DNA of 64,000 bases from Bacilli bacterium (GTDB lineage: Bacteria; Bacillota_I; Bacilli_A; RFN20; CAG-826). Shown one piece after another: positions 38,432 through 49,900 of the stretch. Below the pieces are notes generated by a model, which was not told the DNA's origin, searched no databases, and saw only the letters and a program-made list of their open reading frames with translations. Location: positions 22,595-86,594 of the forward strand of contig JAGCDH010000012.1 of assembly GCA_017651165.1 (NCBI GenBank). The letters run 5' to 3'. Positions within the stretch are counted from its first letter, which is position 1. Every line of letters begins with the position of its first letter. The position numbers and the translations under genes were made by a program.

Positions 38432-40680
38432 TATTGTTCTTCTCCTTTCAAACTTGGGTTAATCGCGTCTCTTAAACCATTACCAAACAAGTTAAATGAA
38501 ATCATAATTAAAGCGATGATAATGGATGGGTATATCAATAGATATGGGTCTGTCTTTAGATAGACCTGGTTCTTAGATAAAATGACACCTAATGAAGCGA
38601 TGTTCTGTAAGCCTAATCCTAAGTAGGAAATAACCGCTTCAGAGAAGATAACACTTGGGATCATTAAGACCGCACCAGTGATAATTGTGCCTAATGAGTT
38701 AGGTAAGATGTGTTTGGTAATTAATCTCGCATCACTCGCGCCTAAAGTACGTGACGCTAAAACGTATTCACGTCCTCTAAATCTATAGAATTGTGTTCTA
38801 GTTCGAGCCGCAGTACCAATCCACCCAGTCATACATAAGGCCAAGGCAAACGTCCAGAAGTTACTACCCATATGGATGATAACTAAGGTCATGACAACAA
38901 TCCACGGGATACCCGCTAGAATATCGGTAAATCTTTCCATTAATAAGTCCACGGTGCCGCCGAAATAGCCACAGATGGCGCCCCAGGCTAAACCGAATAA
39001 GAAGCAGACAATAAATGTTAAGAAGCCGAGTAATAAGGATGTTCTAAGACCTTCGAAAACATATTTAAATAAGTCTCTACCATTTCTATCTGTACCCATC
39101 AAGAATGTTGGAATAGATTTTAAGCCTTTTAACTTATACTGCCAGAACGTCGCTTTGATTGGGAAGAAACCATAGACATAGTCTTCATCATAATAGACGG
39201 CCATCTTTTCGTATTCTTCTAAATCTTTTAAAGTGATTGGCTCCGCTAATGGGCATTTATCTGGTTCAAGAATCTTACAAGTGAAGTTCTTGACGTCTAA
39301 ACAATAGCCAAAGTAAGTATCTTCGGTATCATAAAGAGTTGATTGGCCAGTCACATCAGAAGTTAATGAAATCCAGCCCTCTTTTTCATAATTGATTAAA
39401 TCTTTAAGAGCAATATCTTGGTCGATCTTACCAAAGGCCGCTTCATATGTGTCATATGTGAATGAACAGAAATAGGCTTTTGCGAGATAAACACGTCTAA
39501 TATCAGTACTGCTCCAGTAGGTCCAGTATTTAAAGTTGGTTTTGCCTTCGTCTTTACCGGAATCGATTTTTTTGCCTCTCACTTTATCGCTATTTGGGTC
39601 AACAGCGACGACTGGGGAAGCACTAGTAAAGGAAATAGCTTCAAACTTCTTTTGGGTTTCTTCATCAGCAGCATTATCATACTCAAAGGAAATACCACCA
39701 ATTAAGGAACAGGTATTACGGTCTTTGCCGTCCACCACCATTCTCACAGCGAATTGGGCATTTTGGAATGTGGTTTGACCAGTTTCGTTTTGAATGATTT
39801 CCGCAATATTGAGTTTTGGTTCTGCTAATGAGGTGACGAAACTACCAATGTTATGGACGAGTTTATAATCGATTAATTGCACTTCTTTATCAAAGACTTC
39901 TCTATTCACTTCTTCTTGATATTTGAAGTAAAGAGCACATTCACCTAAGTGATAGTTATCTGGAGTATCGAAAGTATCTTTACCTTCTCTTAAATGAATC
40001 TTATTGACGTCATAAACATCAAAAACATTAAGATATAAGTTATTGTTCAAATTTAAGTTTTCAATGGCTCTACTAGTGAAGTCATAGGCTTCGCCTTCTT
40101 TACGGCTACCTAAATAACCGAATTGGACGTAACCATCTTTCGCATAATCACCAGCGGTTGAGTCGTTGATATATTGTTGGTCAGTGAATTTCTTCTTACT
40201 AATCGCTCTATGATTAGAGAATCTATCCTTATCTGGCCACCAGTCTTCTTGCTTTTGGGCTTCGATTTCTTCAGGAGTGCCAGTTGGGTTAGGATTGGCG
40301 GAAATATCAACTGGAATATTCTTGTATTTTGCAGTGCCATCCCAGAAGCCTGTACCAGACTTAAATAGTTTAGGCGCTAAGAAAGTATAGTCTTCGTGAA
40401 CTTCTCTGGTGTCATTTCTATCAATAATTGGCACTAAGAAAGACATCAAAAGAAGAATGCCTAAAATATAAGCGGCGACGACTGATGATTTATTCTTTCT
40501 AAATCTCTTTAATGAGTCTTTTAAGAAGGTTGTTGGCTTGGTTTGAATCCTTTGTTCGTGAACGGATTCATCAATTTGAGTCAAAGTAAAATCATCATCA
40601 CTAATTTCCACATCATCGACGATGTTTTCGTTAACAGGGGCTTTTTCATCTAATAATTCGAAATCTTTGTCTTCAAACAT
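38431..40680 (-). CDS. oppC: Oligopeptide ABC transporter permease OppC (with large soluble insertion)
   Basis: KRFRKNK + TM1, then GTD..GRD, EYVLASRTLGA, H.LPN, GNGLRDA.NP; 749 aa. Confidence 0.9.
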   Translation of the reverse strand: MFEDKDFELLDEKAPVNENIVDDVEISDDDFTLTQIDESVHEQRIQTKPTTFLKDSLKRFRKNKSSVVAAYILGILLLMSFLVPIIDRNDTREVHEDYTFLAPKLFKSGTGFWDGTAKYKNIPVDISANPNPTGTPEEIEAQKQEDWWPDKDRFSNHRAISKKKFTDQQYINDSTAGDYAKDGYVQFGYLGSRKEGEAYDFTSRAIENLNLNNNLYLNVFDVYDVNKIHLREGKDTFDTPDNYHLGECALYFKYQEEVNREVFDKEVQLIDYKLVHNIGSFVTSLAEPKLNIAEIIQNETGQTTFQNAQFAVRMVVDGKDRNTCSLIGGISFEYDNAADEETQKKFEAISFTSASPVVAVDPNSDKVRGKKIDSGKDEGKTNFKYWTYWSSTDIRRVYLAKAYFCSFTYDTYEAAFGKIDQDIALKDLINYEKEGWISLTSDVTGQSTLYDTEDTYFGYCLDVKNFTCKILEPDKCPLAEPITLKDLEEYEKMAVYYDEDYVYGFFPIKATFWQYKLKGLKSIPTFLMGTDRNGRDLFKYVFEGLRTSLLLGFLTFIVCFLFGLAWGAICGYFGGTVDLLMERFTDILAGIPWIVVMTLVIIHMGSNFWTFALALCMTGWIGTAARTRTQFYRFRGREYVLASRTLGASDARLITKHILPNSLGTIITGAVLMIPSVIFSEAVISYLGLGLQNIASLGVILSKNQVYLKTDPYLLIYPSIIIALIMISFNLFGNGLRDAINPSLKGEEQ

Positions 40681-41729
40681 TATCTCTTTTCCCCCATTCT
40701 AATTCTTGGATCAATAAATCCGTACGATAAGTCTGTAACGATGCCTGCTAATAAGCCGACTGTGGTGAAAATCGCCATATCGACCATTAAGACGTTATAG
40801 TCAGGCGCGTTCAAGGCGGTGATGTATAGTCTTCCGATACCTGGGATATCGTACAAACTCTCTAAAATCATAGAGCCACCAAAGACACCAATAAATTCCG
40901 CCAAGATAGATGGAAGAATTGGCACGAAGGCGTTTCTTAAAGCGTGACGGACAATGGCTTGGTTTTTGGTTAAGCCTTTGGTTCTCGCTAACAATAAGTA
41001 TTCACTGGACATGACTTCACAAAGTTCAGCTCTGACGAATCTGGTATAACCACAAACAGAACCAAACGATAAGGACATGACTGGAATGAAGTACGCTAAA
41101 ATCTTTTTAGATATAGTTTCATCTGGTCTCGCCCAAGCCGGAGGCAGCCACTGCAGTTGATAACTGAACCACTGAATCATAAACGTAATAACAACGAAGG
41201 ATGGGATGGAAATAAAGACCATGACTAATGTAGAGATTAAATGGTCGACCCATGTATTCTTCTTTAGGCCCGCTAAAATACCAAGACCGATACCTAATGG
41301 CACAGAAACGATAACGGAAATCACGTTAACGCTGACGGTTGGTGGTAATTGTTGGGCAATAATGAAAATGGCGGATGCACCTGGTTCAACCTTTGTGGAG
41401 GTACCCCAGTCCCATTTAGTGACGATATTACCAATCCAAGAGAAATATTGCTTAATAATTGGTGTGGTATAGAAGAAATATTCAGTTCTACCGATAATAA
41501 CACGATCAAGTGGTGTGACAGTAGGAACCCATTCTTCCACCGCTGGATGTTCTATAACCGTACAATAACCAAGTTTAACTTGGTTCATGTAGAAAGCATA
41601 GATAACATTCTTATCAGTGGCAATAACTTTGGATGATGGAAGTGATTTTACAAGGAAAAAGGTCAGTGTTAGGATAATGAACGCTGTTACAAACGCTAGA
41701 ATTACTCTCTTAATTGAGTACTTTAACAT
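40680..41729 (-). CDS. oppB: Oligopeptide ABC transporter permease OppB
   Basis: MLKYSIKR, QYFSW, DWGTS, ARTKGL, HALRNA, IPGIG, IDPRIR. Confidence 0.93.
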   Translation of the reverse strand: MLKYSIKRVILAFVTAFIILTLTFFLVKSLPSSKVIATDKNVIYAFYMNQVKLGYCTVIEHPAVEEWVPTVTPLDRVIIGRTEYFFYTTPIIKQYFSWIGNIVTKWDWGTSTKVEPGASAIFIIAQQLPPTVSVNVISVIVSVPLGIGLGILAGLKKNTWVDHLISTLVMVFISIPSFVVITFMIQWFSYQLQWLPPAWARPDETISKKILAYFIPVMSLSFGSVCGYTRFVRAELCEVMSSEYLLLARTKGLTKNQAIVRHALRNAFVPILPSILAEFIGVFGGSMILESLYDIPGIGRLYITALNAPDYNVLMVDMAIFTTVGLLAGIVTDLSYGFIDPRIRMGEKR

Positions 41730-41766
41730 GTCCTTCTCCTTCCTAACACTTTCAACAAGTGTCTAT

Positions 41767-41806
41767 TAAATATACCATAATGAGACCCATTCTTCAAGAA
41801 TGGTCT
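41767..41806 (-). promoter_or_regulatory. Putative oppB promoter with an inverted repeat over the -35
   Basis: TTGAAG-17-TATATT (TGn extended) on the minus strand; AGACC(C)ATTCT-tca-AGAATGGTCT inverted repeat. Confidence 0.5.
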
Positions 41807-41883
41807 TAAGATATGTAAATATAATAAAACCCCTCCTCCGTTTAATTAGGATTTGGGGTTTATTTTTGTTAGTCAACTAACGA

Positions 41884-43704
41884 TTAGAGATCGAATAAAT
41901 CGTCCACTTCTGTGTAATCCTTAAGAGCAGGAACAAAGATTTGTGATTTTTCGTTATCTAAGTCTTGATAGGTGTGATTGATTTGATAAATAGCGTGGTA
42001 ATCATAGCCACCATAGCTATATGTCTCATCTAATTCAAGAGCAAGAGCCACGACGCGATTGTTTTCAATGGTATACATCATTCTTTGGTCGATAATTTCG
42101 GCTGTATTGTATGGAATACCATATCTATTTTCATCATCTAAATTTGATTTTTCATCGAAACGGATTGTGGCATCAAGGAAGAAACTATTTTCTCCTCTTG
42201 AACCATAATGAACGTTCTTGGCTCTGGAATAACCGACTAAATCAGTCATACCATCTAATCTCGCGTTTTTAAAAACGTTATTGAAATAGGATTTACCTGA
42301 GGTGAAAAGGTTATCAAGAACATCGAGGAGTGGATCGGTTCTCTGGTGGCCTTCGATATCTAGATAGTTTTGTGTAGGAACATCTAAATAGGTCTTAACA
42401 TCACCAGTTTGATGGAAGATGAATGTTTCATAATACTCATCGGTATGGAAGATCCAGTCGTAATTTGTGAAGTCCATTGCGCCTTCGACTGATTCGATTT
42501 CAGCATCGGTTTCCCAAATGCGGAAATAAGCATCATCTTTACTGGCAACGAATCTTTGATCCCAACGATCGTAAGAATAGAGTTCTGTTTTATTGTTGGC
42601 ATCTGTTCTATAGATGGTTCTCATCCACATTTCGTTATCACAGATAGCAGTGAGCTTTGGATCTTCAGTCGCAGAAATGGTCTTTAAGCCATCGTTAATT
42701 GCGGTAGCAGCGTCGATATCGATTTCTGGAGAAACATAGACTGGGACTTCAGTTTTGAGGTTTGGATTGTCTTTATCAGCGACAACGACAGTTGTTTGAC
42801 CAGGGTTGATACCGGTGATGAGACCACTATCACTGACGGTAGCGATTGATGGATCGTTACTGGTGTAAGTAACGTTTTGACCAGAATAACCAAATTGTGG
42901 AAGCGCGGATAATTGATAAGAGCTATCTGGATTTGGTTCTTCGTCATTGCCTCTTGTTAAAACAGAAACGAGACGGTTATTAACGATGAGTTCATCTGGA
43001 TAATACTTTTGAGTGTTGTCCACTACTGCGGTTGAATCTGGATCTGGCACCACAATTGGTGTGCTTCCATCAATGACATTAACAGAGAATGAATCGCTGA
43101 ATGATTGATAGGAAATAGTAATTGTGCGCTCACCAGTAGATTCAAATTTTGTACCTTCAACAGGATTAGATGTGTAGTTGGTGACTGGTTGGCTGGAACC
43201 ATCGCTATAGTTAGCGTTGACCACTAAGCCATCTAAATCTAATGCTCTATTAAGGAAATAACTTTTTCTCACATGTGTGGAATCAACAGTGATACCAGTG
43301 AGTTTAACCCCGACTGTAACGTCGAAACTAGCGGTGAAGTTTTCATAGCTAATTGTGACGTTTTGGGCACCATGTGTATTTAAAATGGCACCATTGGCAG
43401 GACTACTTGTGTAGTTGGTGACTGGTTGGCTTGAACCATCACTGAAGTTAAGTGTGACCACTAATCCAGTTAAGTTAAGCGCATCACCATTGAGATATTC
43501 TTTTCTCACATTGTCAGCATTGATAGAGATACCAGTCATCACTGGAGCAATGGAAGTAGAAGTACTGCTGCTCGATGTGGATGGTATTTCGCTAGTTGTG
43601 GAAGGTGGTAATTCACTGCTAGATGAAGATTTCTTTTTACCACCACAACCAACAATGGAAGAGGTAGCAAGTAATGCGACGAGTAATACTAATTGACGTT
43701 TCAT
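41884..43704 (-). CDS. Lipoprotein with Ser/Thr linker, two Big_3-like and one Big_2-like Ig domains, unknown C-terminal domain
   Basis: IVGC lipobox; two copies of Y..G/N.AL.L.GLVV...SDGSSQPVTNYTS; YTSNDPSIATVSDSGLITG. Confidence 0.75.
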   Translation of the reverse strand: MKRQLVLLVALLATSSIVGCGGKKKSSSSSELPPSTTSEIPSTSSSSTSTSIAPVMTGISINADNVRKEYLNGDALNLTGLVVTLNFSDGSSQPVTNYTSSPANGAILNTHGAQNVTISYENFTASFDVTVGVKLTGITVDSTHVRKSYFLNRALDLDGLVVNANYSDGSSQPVTNYTSNPVEGTKFESTGERTITISYQSFSDSFSVNVIDGSTPIVVPDPDSTAVVDNTQKYYPDELIVNNRLVSVLTRGNDEEPNPDSSYQLSALPQFGYSGQNVTYTSNDPSIATVSDSGLITGINPGQTTVVVADKDNPNLKTEVPVYVSPEIDIDAATAINDGLKTISATEDPKLTAICDNEMWMRTIYRTDANNKTELYSYDRWDQRFVASKDDAYFRIWETDAEIESVEGAMDFTNYDWIFHTDEYYETFIFHQTGDVKTYLDVPTQNYLDIEGHQRTDPLLDVLDNLFTSGKSYFNNVFKNARLDGMTDLVGYSRAKNVHYGSRGENSFFLDATIRFDEKSNLDDENRYGIPYNTAEIIDQRMMYTIENNRVVALALELDETYSYGGYDYHAIYQINHTYQDLDNEKSQIFVPALKDYTEVDDLFDL

Positions 43705-43720
43705 AAACTCTTACCTCCTT

Positions 43721-46700
43721 TTATTCCTTAACGAGGTTCTTATTCTTAGCAACTGAGGAATAGGATTCAGTTGGTGAACCGAATTCGCTAGCGCCTTCGA
43801 CTTTAATAGCTAAGCTATAGTAAATTTCGACTGTCCAATATTTGTTGTAGTTAACAAGGGTGAATGGGTGTTCGTCCCATTGATCTGGCTTGTCTGGATC
43901 ATCTAACTTATTAGCTTTTCTAATTTGTCTTTGAATCTCTTGTGCGGTTGTTTCATCTAAACTAATAGATGCGGTAATGGTACTACCATTAGCGGATGGT
44001 GTGTAATTAAGAGTGAAGCCACCATAACCGAAGACGTAAATTTGGACACGTGTTAACGCGATTTGGACGCTGCTAGAATCGATGAATTCTGCAACAACAG
44101 AGAAGTCACGGCCGAATTCGAATGTGTTGCCGGCTTCAGTGTTGACGTCCATGTAACATTTATTAACGGTCTTAGCAAGTTCACCTTCTTTAACGACACC
44201 GCCGTGGTCAGAGACTGCCCATAAGGAGTCAAATGCCCAAATCTTGTTGTCGTAAATTAATGGTTTACTTGGAGTGACTTTGGATGTATCAACACCCCAG
44301 TTAAGGGTGAATGATGAGGAGTTATCACTCTTTAATACTTCTAAGAAGTTAAGAGGATTATAGGTATTACCGGAAATAGCGCCGAAGCCTAAGTCGAATC
44401 TACCAATCATCATGTATTTGTAGTAAACATCCATCCAGGAAGTGACGGCTTCTTGTTGTACTTCTAAGATAACCTTGCCATCGCAGACACCTGGATCATT
44501 GAAGGCTGTGGTGAAGTATTTAGCAATCGCGTTGCCGTATTCTTCTGGGTCAGTTTGATTCATCCATCTAATATGGATTTTAATCTTTGTTGGGTTGGAT
44601 TTTGTGCCGTATTCAAGTTTGTTATCAGCGACTAATTCTTTAACGGCTGCTCTGAAGCAGGAGACCGCTCTATCGAGGGAGAAACCATAGGTTGGTTCAC
44701 CATCACTATCGTAGACTTGATAGGCCGCAATTGCGTCTTTATGAGCTTGTGAATCGTTATAAGAAATACCGTTTTCTGGATCGCTTAAATAGGCATCGGA
44801 GAAATAACTAATGGATGGTTGAACACCACGGTTAGAAGCGAATTCTTTTCTGTTAATGGAATAGAATAAACCATTTAAGAAGTTATCGTTACTCATCCAT
44901 GGTTTGATATCCCAACCTTCGGTATTCTTCCAAAGTTTGCTATCGATTTCATTCCACATTTCTTGTGTACAAGAGTTAACGTTGAGTTTAAATGTAGAGT
45001 CACCTCTGGTCTTATAAACTCTTGGTTTATTGACTTCGACAGAAATCATCTTGGATGGAATACCACAGCTGTCTAAGTCGCCGTTATTGAATCTTTCATA
45101 CACCTTTGTTGTGGAACTGGATGTATCGATACGGATAAGTTTGACACCGGCAATGAAGTATCTGCCTGTTTCAAACCAATCAGCGTTTTTCTTGAAGACG
45201 ATGTCTTGGTTCTTGTGCCATGCTTCAAGCATATATGGCGCTAAGTTAATGACATAGTCAAGAATGTTGTCTTTGTGTCCGGATGGGCCGTTAGGGTTGA
45301 AGGCACCGTATCTTTCAGCGCCGACTTTGACGGAACCACTACCGATTGTTTCAACGAATTCTTCTGGTAATGGAGATAATAAGCTGGATGATAAGGTGTA
45401 CATCGCGGTAAATCTATCGATTGGAGTCAAGATTTTTAATTGGATGTAATCACCATTATCGGAATGACCAGTCTCAAGGCCTAATTCGCCAGAAGCTTTC
45501 ATTTCATTCCAAGTATCTTTAGCGACTTGGTCGGAAACATCTTCGGTTAAATCGAAGTATCTCTTTGCACCATAGATACCATATGTTTCATCACCAGCCA
45601 TTTCTGGACCACGGTCTAATTCGTTCGCACCTGTTAAGAGAAAACGATAAGCGAATTCGTAGTCATTAATGGAAACTGGTCTATTGTCAAATGTCTTGTC
45701 TCCCCAAGCACTACCGTTGTAACGGTATTTGAGTTCGTTAGTCTTGACATAGATTCTCCATGTGTCATAAAGACCTAATGGGTTAGGATCTTGTGCACCT
45801 GGAGCGACTTCTTGACCATTGTAGACCGGAATTGGTCTATTGAACGCTGTGGTGTTGCCATTGAATGTGACGGTGTCTTTTGCTAAGACTGGGTACCATT
45901 CATAGGCGTCTTTTGTGCTGTTGAGTTTTGTACCCCAGAAAGAAGAGGTAATGTAACCTTCTAAGTCAGAGACTTGGCTACCTTTATTTTCTCTGGAGTT
46001 AATGGTTAATGGATCTTCAGAATAAGCACTGTGGAGATACATCTTATGAGCTTCGTTGGTTTCATTGATGGAACCATTTTCGGAAAGTGTACCTTCACTT
46101 AATAAACCGAAGCCGTAACCAGTAATATAGTTGGTTGTTGGTAAATTAACACGTTCGGAATATTTAACATAACCACCATTTTCGAAGAGGGTGATACCTG
46201 TTAAATGGTTATCCATCGCGTATTTTTCTAAGCTACCGAGAATTTCTGTTCTCTTTTCGATGGCTTCTTGTCCAGCGAGGGAAGCAAAGTTATAACCACC
46301 ATTGGCTGGAGCAGCGTCGCTAACAGTAATTCTGATGAGTTGTTGAGGAGCAGCATTGTTGCTTTCCTTAACAGTAAGAATGGCAGTACCTACACCAACA
46401 GCGGTCACAGTACCGTTATTTGTGCATGTGGCCACACTTCTTGGTGTGCAAGTGTAAGTATATGATCTTTGAACATCTGGATCACCGCCCTTAGCGTTAA
46501 CGATAACGTGGGCTTCTTCACCAATGTTTAATGGATATGAACCATCGGCTAATTTATTGCCACTACTTAATGCAACAGTGAAGGAGAATGGCTCAGCTTG
46601 TGAAGATGAACTGGAGCTAGAAGTACTTGGTTGAGCGCTTGTGCTAGTTGGCGCTGATGTGCTTGTGCTAGTTGGTTGATTAGAAGTACTTGGTGGGTTC

Positions 46701-46912
46701 ACAGAAGTACTGGTTGGTAAGTGTGAGCTTGTGGTCACGCCTTGGCCAGAAAGAGTGCTACTGTTGCTAGTTGGAACTTCACTAGTAGTACTAGGAATTG
46801 CACTAGTGCTTGGTGGAACTTCAGTTTTGCTGCCTTTTCCACCGCAAGCGGCAAGAACGCTAGTAGTTAATAAGCAAGCGGCAAGGATACTTAATGAAAA
46901 TCTCTTTTTCAT
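43721..46912 (-). CDS. oppA: Large OppA-like (family 5) solute-binding lipoprotein with Ser/Thr linker and Big_2-like domain
   Basis: LAAC lipobox; APYMLEAW..IVFKKNADW, F..GDLD, NDNFL.GL.YSINR, GRFDLGFG patterns; upstream of oppB. Confidence 0.75.
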   Translation of the reverse strand: MKKRFSLSILAACLLTTSVLAACGGKGSKTEVPPSTSAIPSTTSEVPTSNSSTLSGQGVTTSSHLPTSTSVNPPSTSNQPTSTSTSAPTSTSAQPSTSSSSSSSQAEPFSFTVALSSGNKLADGSYPLNIGEEAHVIVNAKGGDPDVQRSYTYTCTPRSVATCTNNGTVTAVGVGTAILTVKESNNAAPQQLIRITVSDAAPANGGYNFASLAGQEAIEKRTEILGSLEKYAMDNHLTGITLFENGGYVKYSERVNLPTTNYITGYGFGLLSEGTLSENGSINETNEAHKMYLHSAYSEDPLTINSRENKGSQVSDLEGYITSSFWGTKLNSTKDAYEWYPVLAKDTVTFNGNTTAFNRPIPVYNGQEVAPGAQDPNPLGLYDTWRIYVKTNELKYRYNGSAWGDKTFDNRPVSINDYEFAYRFLLTGANELDRGPEMAGDETYGIYGAKRYFDLTEDVSDQVAKDTWNEMKASGELGLETGHSDNGDYIQLKILTPIDRFTAMYTLSSSLLSPLPEEFVETIGSGSVKVGAERYGAFNPNGPSGHKDNILDYVINLAPYMLEAWHKNQDIVFKKNADWFETGRYFIAGVKLIRIDTSSSTTKVYERFNNGDLDSCGIPSKMISVEVNKPRVYKTRGDSTFKLNVNSCTQEMWNEIDSKLWKNTEGWDIKPWMSNDNFLNGLFYSINRKEFASNRGVQPSISYFSDAYLSDPENGISYNDSQAHKDAIAAYQVYDSDGEPTYGFSLDRAVSCFRAAVKELVADNKLEYGTKSNPTKIKIHIRWMNQTDPEEYGNAIAKYFTTAFNDPGVCDGKVILEVQQEAVTSWMDVYYKYMMIGRFDLGFGAISGNTYNPLNFLEVLKSDNSSSFTLNWGVDTSKVTPSKPLIYDNKIWAFDSLWAVSDHGGVVKEGELAKTVNKCYMDVNTEAGNTFEFGRDFSVVAEFIDSSSVQIALTRVQIYVFGYGGFTLNYTPSANGSTITASISLDETTAQEIQRQIRKANKLDDPDKPDQWDEHPFTLVNYNKYWTVEIYYSLAIKVEGASEFGSPTESYSSVAKNKNLVKE

Positions 46913-46915
46913 GGT

Positions 46916-49900
46916 TTATTTACCTCCTTCTTTTCTTTTCTTTGTTGCCAAAGAAATGGCAATGAGGGCCGCACCGATTAAGACGATGACAGCTGGGATG
47001 ATAATGGCGGCGCTATTAATAGAAGCGGAACGACCATTACTATTTGTGGTATTGGATGTGTTGTTGTTTTGGACGTTGGCTGGGAAACCGTTAATGAGGA
47101 TCTTGCCACCGACGTTGACTGTACGATCAAGCATATCGACGAATTCGAGGACGCCTTGTTCGTAGTAGAAGTCTAATTTGACTGTCACTTCTGTACCTTG
47201 TACAGTTGTGAAGCCTTTATTGAAGTCATCATAGTCATTCGCGTGAATGAGGATGCCTTGTTTGCCTCTTGCGTAGTCAGTCGCGCTGACGAAGAGTCTC
47301 ATATTGCCACCATCAGAGATTTCTTCAGCGGCTTCTTTAACGAAGTCTCTGGTTTCATCGAGATAGTACATATTTCTATCTTCATCATAATGGGCTTCAA
47401 CACGGTTATAACCGATAACGCCATAGGCTAATTTAGAATCGTTGAAGTAGAATCTGACACGTTCTTCACCACTAGCGTCGCGGTATTGAGTAATGCTTTG
47501 TAAGACTGGTTCTGCACCATCGATATGGAGAGTGTAGGTCTTGCTCACAAGATTACCTGTACCACTTAAGATGTAGTTGAATGTGAGTTCGTATTCACCA
47601 CTTTCGAATGATTCACCGGTCATTTCATCAAATAATGGAACGATCGCATAGGCTCTGTGGGCCACATAACCAGAGGATAAGTAGTTCGCATCAACGTGTG
47701 ATTTGAACAATGACCATCTACCTAATGTGTCACCGAAGAGCATATCTTGGAGAGAATTTCTATAGACTGGGTTACTTTCACCTTTCTTGGTGATGGTGAA
47801 GTAGTTGTCTATGACAGATCTCATCATGAATTGTTGAATAATTAAGGTGTTGGATGTTTTTGGATTGCCAACATAGATTTCATTGCTTGGGTTATCTAAG
47901 TATTCACCAGTGACTGGATCAGTACCGACTTTGTAGAAACCAACCATCTTATCGAAGGATTGATCATTGGTTAAGACTTTTTCGGTGATAATCTTTTGTG
48001 GTCTTTCAGCGTAACCCGCCATAATCATGGATTCGAAGTTGACGTTATCTTTACCAATTAAGGATTTAGCAACATCGTTCACTAAATCTGATGGGTAAAC
48101 TTTAGTAATGTCTTTTTCGAAGTTGAATGGTTCGAACACTGGAGCGGAATCATAGCTTCTACTTGCATCTCTATCTGTACCGGAATAGAAACCAGCATAT
48201 GGGATAGAAAGGTCTGGGCTATTATCTTTGGATTCTAATGTCACGAAACCTTCAATCATACAGCCGTATTCATAATTCGCTAAGATGAAGTCTTTGACTT
48301 CTTCGCTTAATGAATAGGAGTTGATGGTCACGGTGCTGTCGCCTGGGGCAACGCTCACGGTTTGACCGGTCACTTGATCAATAAGGACGTCCTTAGTGGA
48401 TTGAGCTGTATAACTTGGAAGTGGTTGCCAATCAATACCTTCAGTCGCGGCATTGTAATAATAACCTTTACTAATAATAGTCTTCTTGTTAGCTAAGTAA
48501 TCAGCTTCACTAGCGTAGTAATCGATGTCTCTTGTGACATGGAAGACATCTCTATAAGAAGCTTCACCTGTACCGGTGGTCATTTCATAGATATCAACAT
48601 CATAGAATGGGACACCAGTGAAGGAATCGACCTTTTCAATATCGCCTTTGAAGTTGTAATCTTTGGTAACGATATCGTTTGGTTGTTCAAGAGCTGGTCT
48701 CATGATGGATAATTTGACGTTGTATTCTCTTGTTTCTTGACCTTCGTTATGAGCGGTGAAGGAAATCTTCACATCGCCTCTAGCGATATCTGGATTATTC
48801 TTTAAGAGGACTTTACTTCTTCTGGAGATTTCGATGGTTGTGTCACTACCTTCATCGTGGTAATCGTAGTGAGAACCTTCGAGATAAACATCAGTGCTGA
48901 GAGCACCCGCTAAATCGACCATACCAGCACCTTGAATTCTTGGTGAGGTAAGTGTGATTTCGTTGGTCTCTGGATTTTCGTTTAAATCATAGCAAGGATC
49001 AGCGGTAGACATGAGTCTCATATCCACGGTGGATCTATATGCATTGTAAGCGTTGTTTTCTTCTTCAAGAGCGGTCGCTTTCGCTGCTTTTTCATCAGCG
49101 GTTGAGCTTGGCATAGCATTGATTTCCGCTAATCTAGCGATATGGCCTTTTGCTTCTTTGGAAAGAACAACTGATTGCGCACCTGCGTAGTTAGGCGCGG
49201 CCATGGATGTACCACTTAAATATTGGTAGCACTTGTATAAATATTTTGGAGACTCTTTTTCTTCTTTTGTGAGGTTGGTCATTGCGTGTTCTGGGACAGC
49301 GCCTCTGATGTTATCACCAGGAGTGGTGATATCTGGTTTGAGGTCTAAGTCATACGCTAAACCATCAGAAGAGAAGTTGCTGAGTGTATTAGCATTTGGG
49401 TTATCACTAACTTGTTTGTTAATGATTTTGAATGAACCGTTCTTTTCGCTTTCGAATAAAGCTTTATCTTTATAAAGAACGAGAGCGCAAGGCATTGTTG
49501 GTTTGAAGCCATCGCCGAAACTACAACGGAAGTTGAAGTCAGAAGCAGTTGGGTCGTTATTGATAATAACTAAGCCAATCGCACCTTTGCTAACCGCTGT
49601 GCTGTATTTATCAGCGAATGATGTACTACCACGATTGACAACAACAATCTTGCCGTAAACGTCTAAGTTGCTGTAGTCAGCGCTTGTACCAAAGCCTGGG
49701 ACGTAAACCCATGAACGGGATGGATTATCTTCATCAAAAAGATCTTTCATACGGAATTCTTTGGAGTAATCATCATCCATACCTTGTCTATTGACGATTT
49801 GATCTTCGAAGGCAACGTTTTGACCATTAATTTGGAAAGCGTTTTCATAGAAGATTCTGATTGGGTGACCAGAAGCGACAATCATCGCAGTTGGGTTATT

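Noticed and set aside
46600-46830. Repeating ctagt/gtgct words resembling a tandem repeat array or CRISPR
   Set aside because: These are Ser/Thr codons of the OppA low-complexity linker; there is no constant repeat-spacer period
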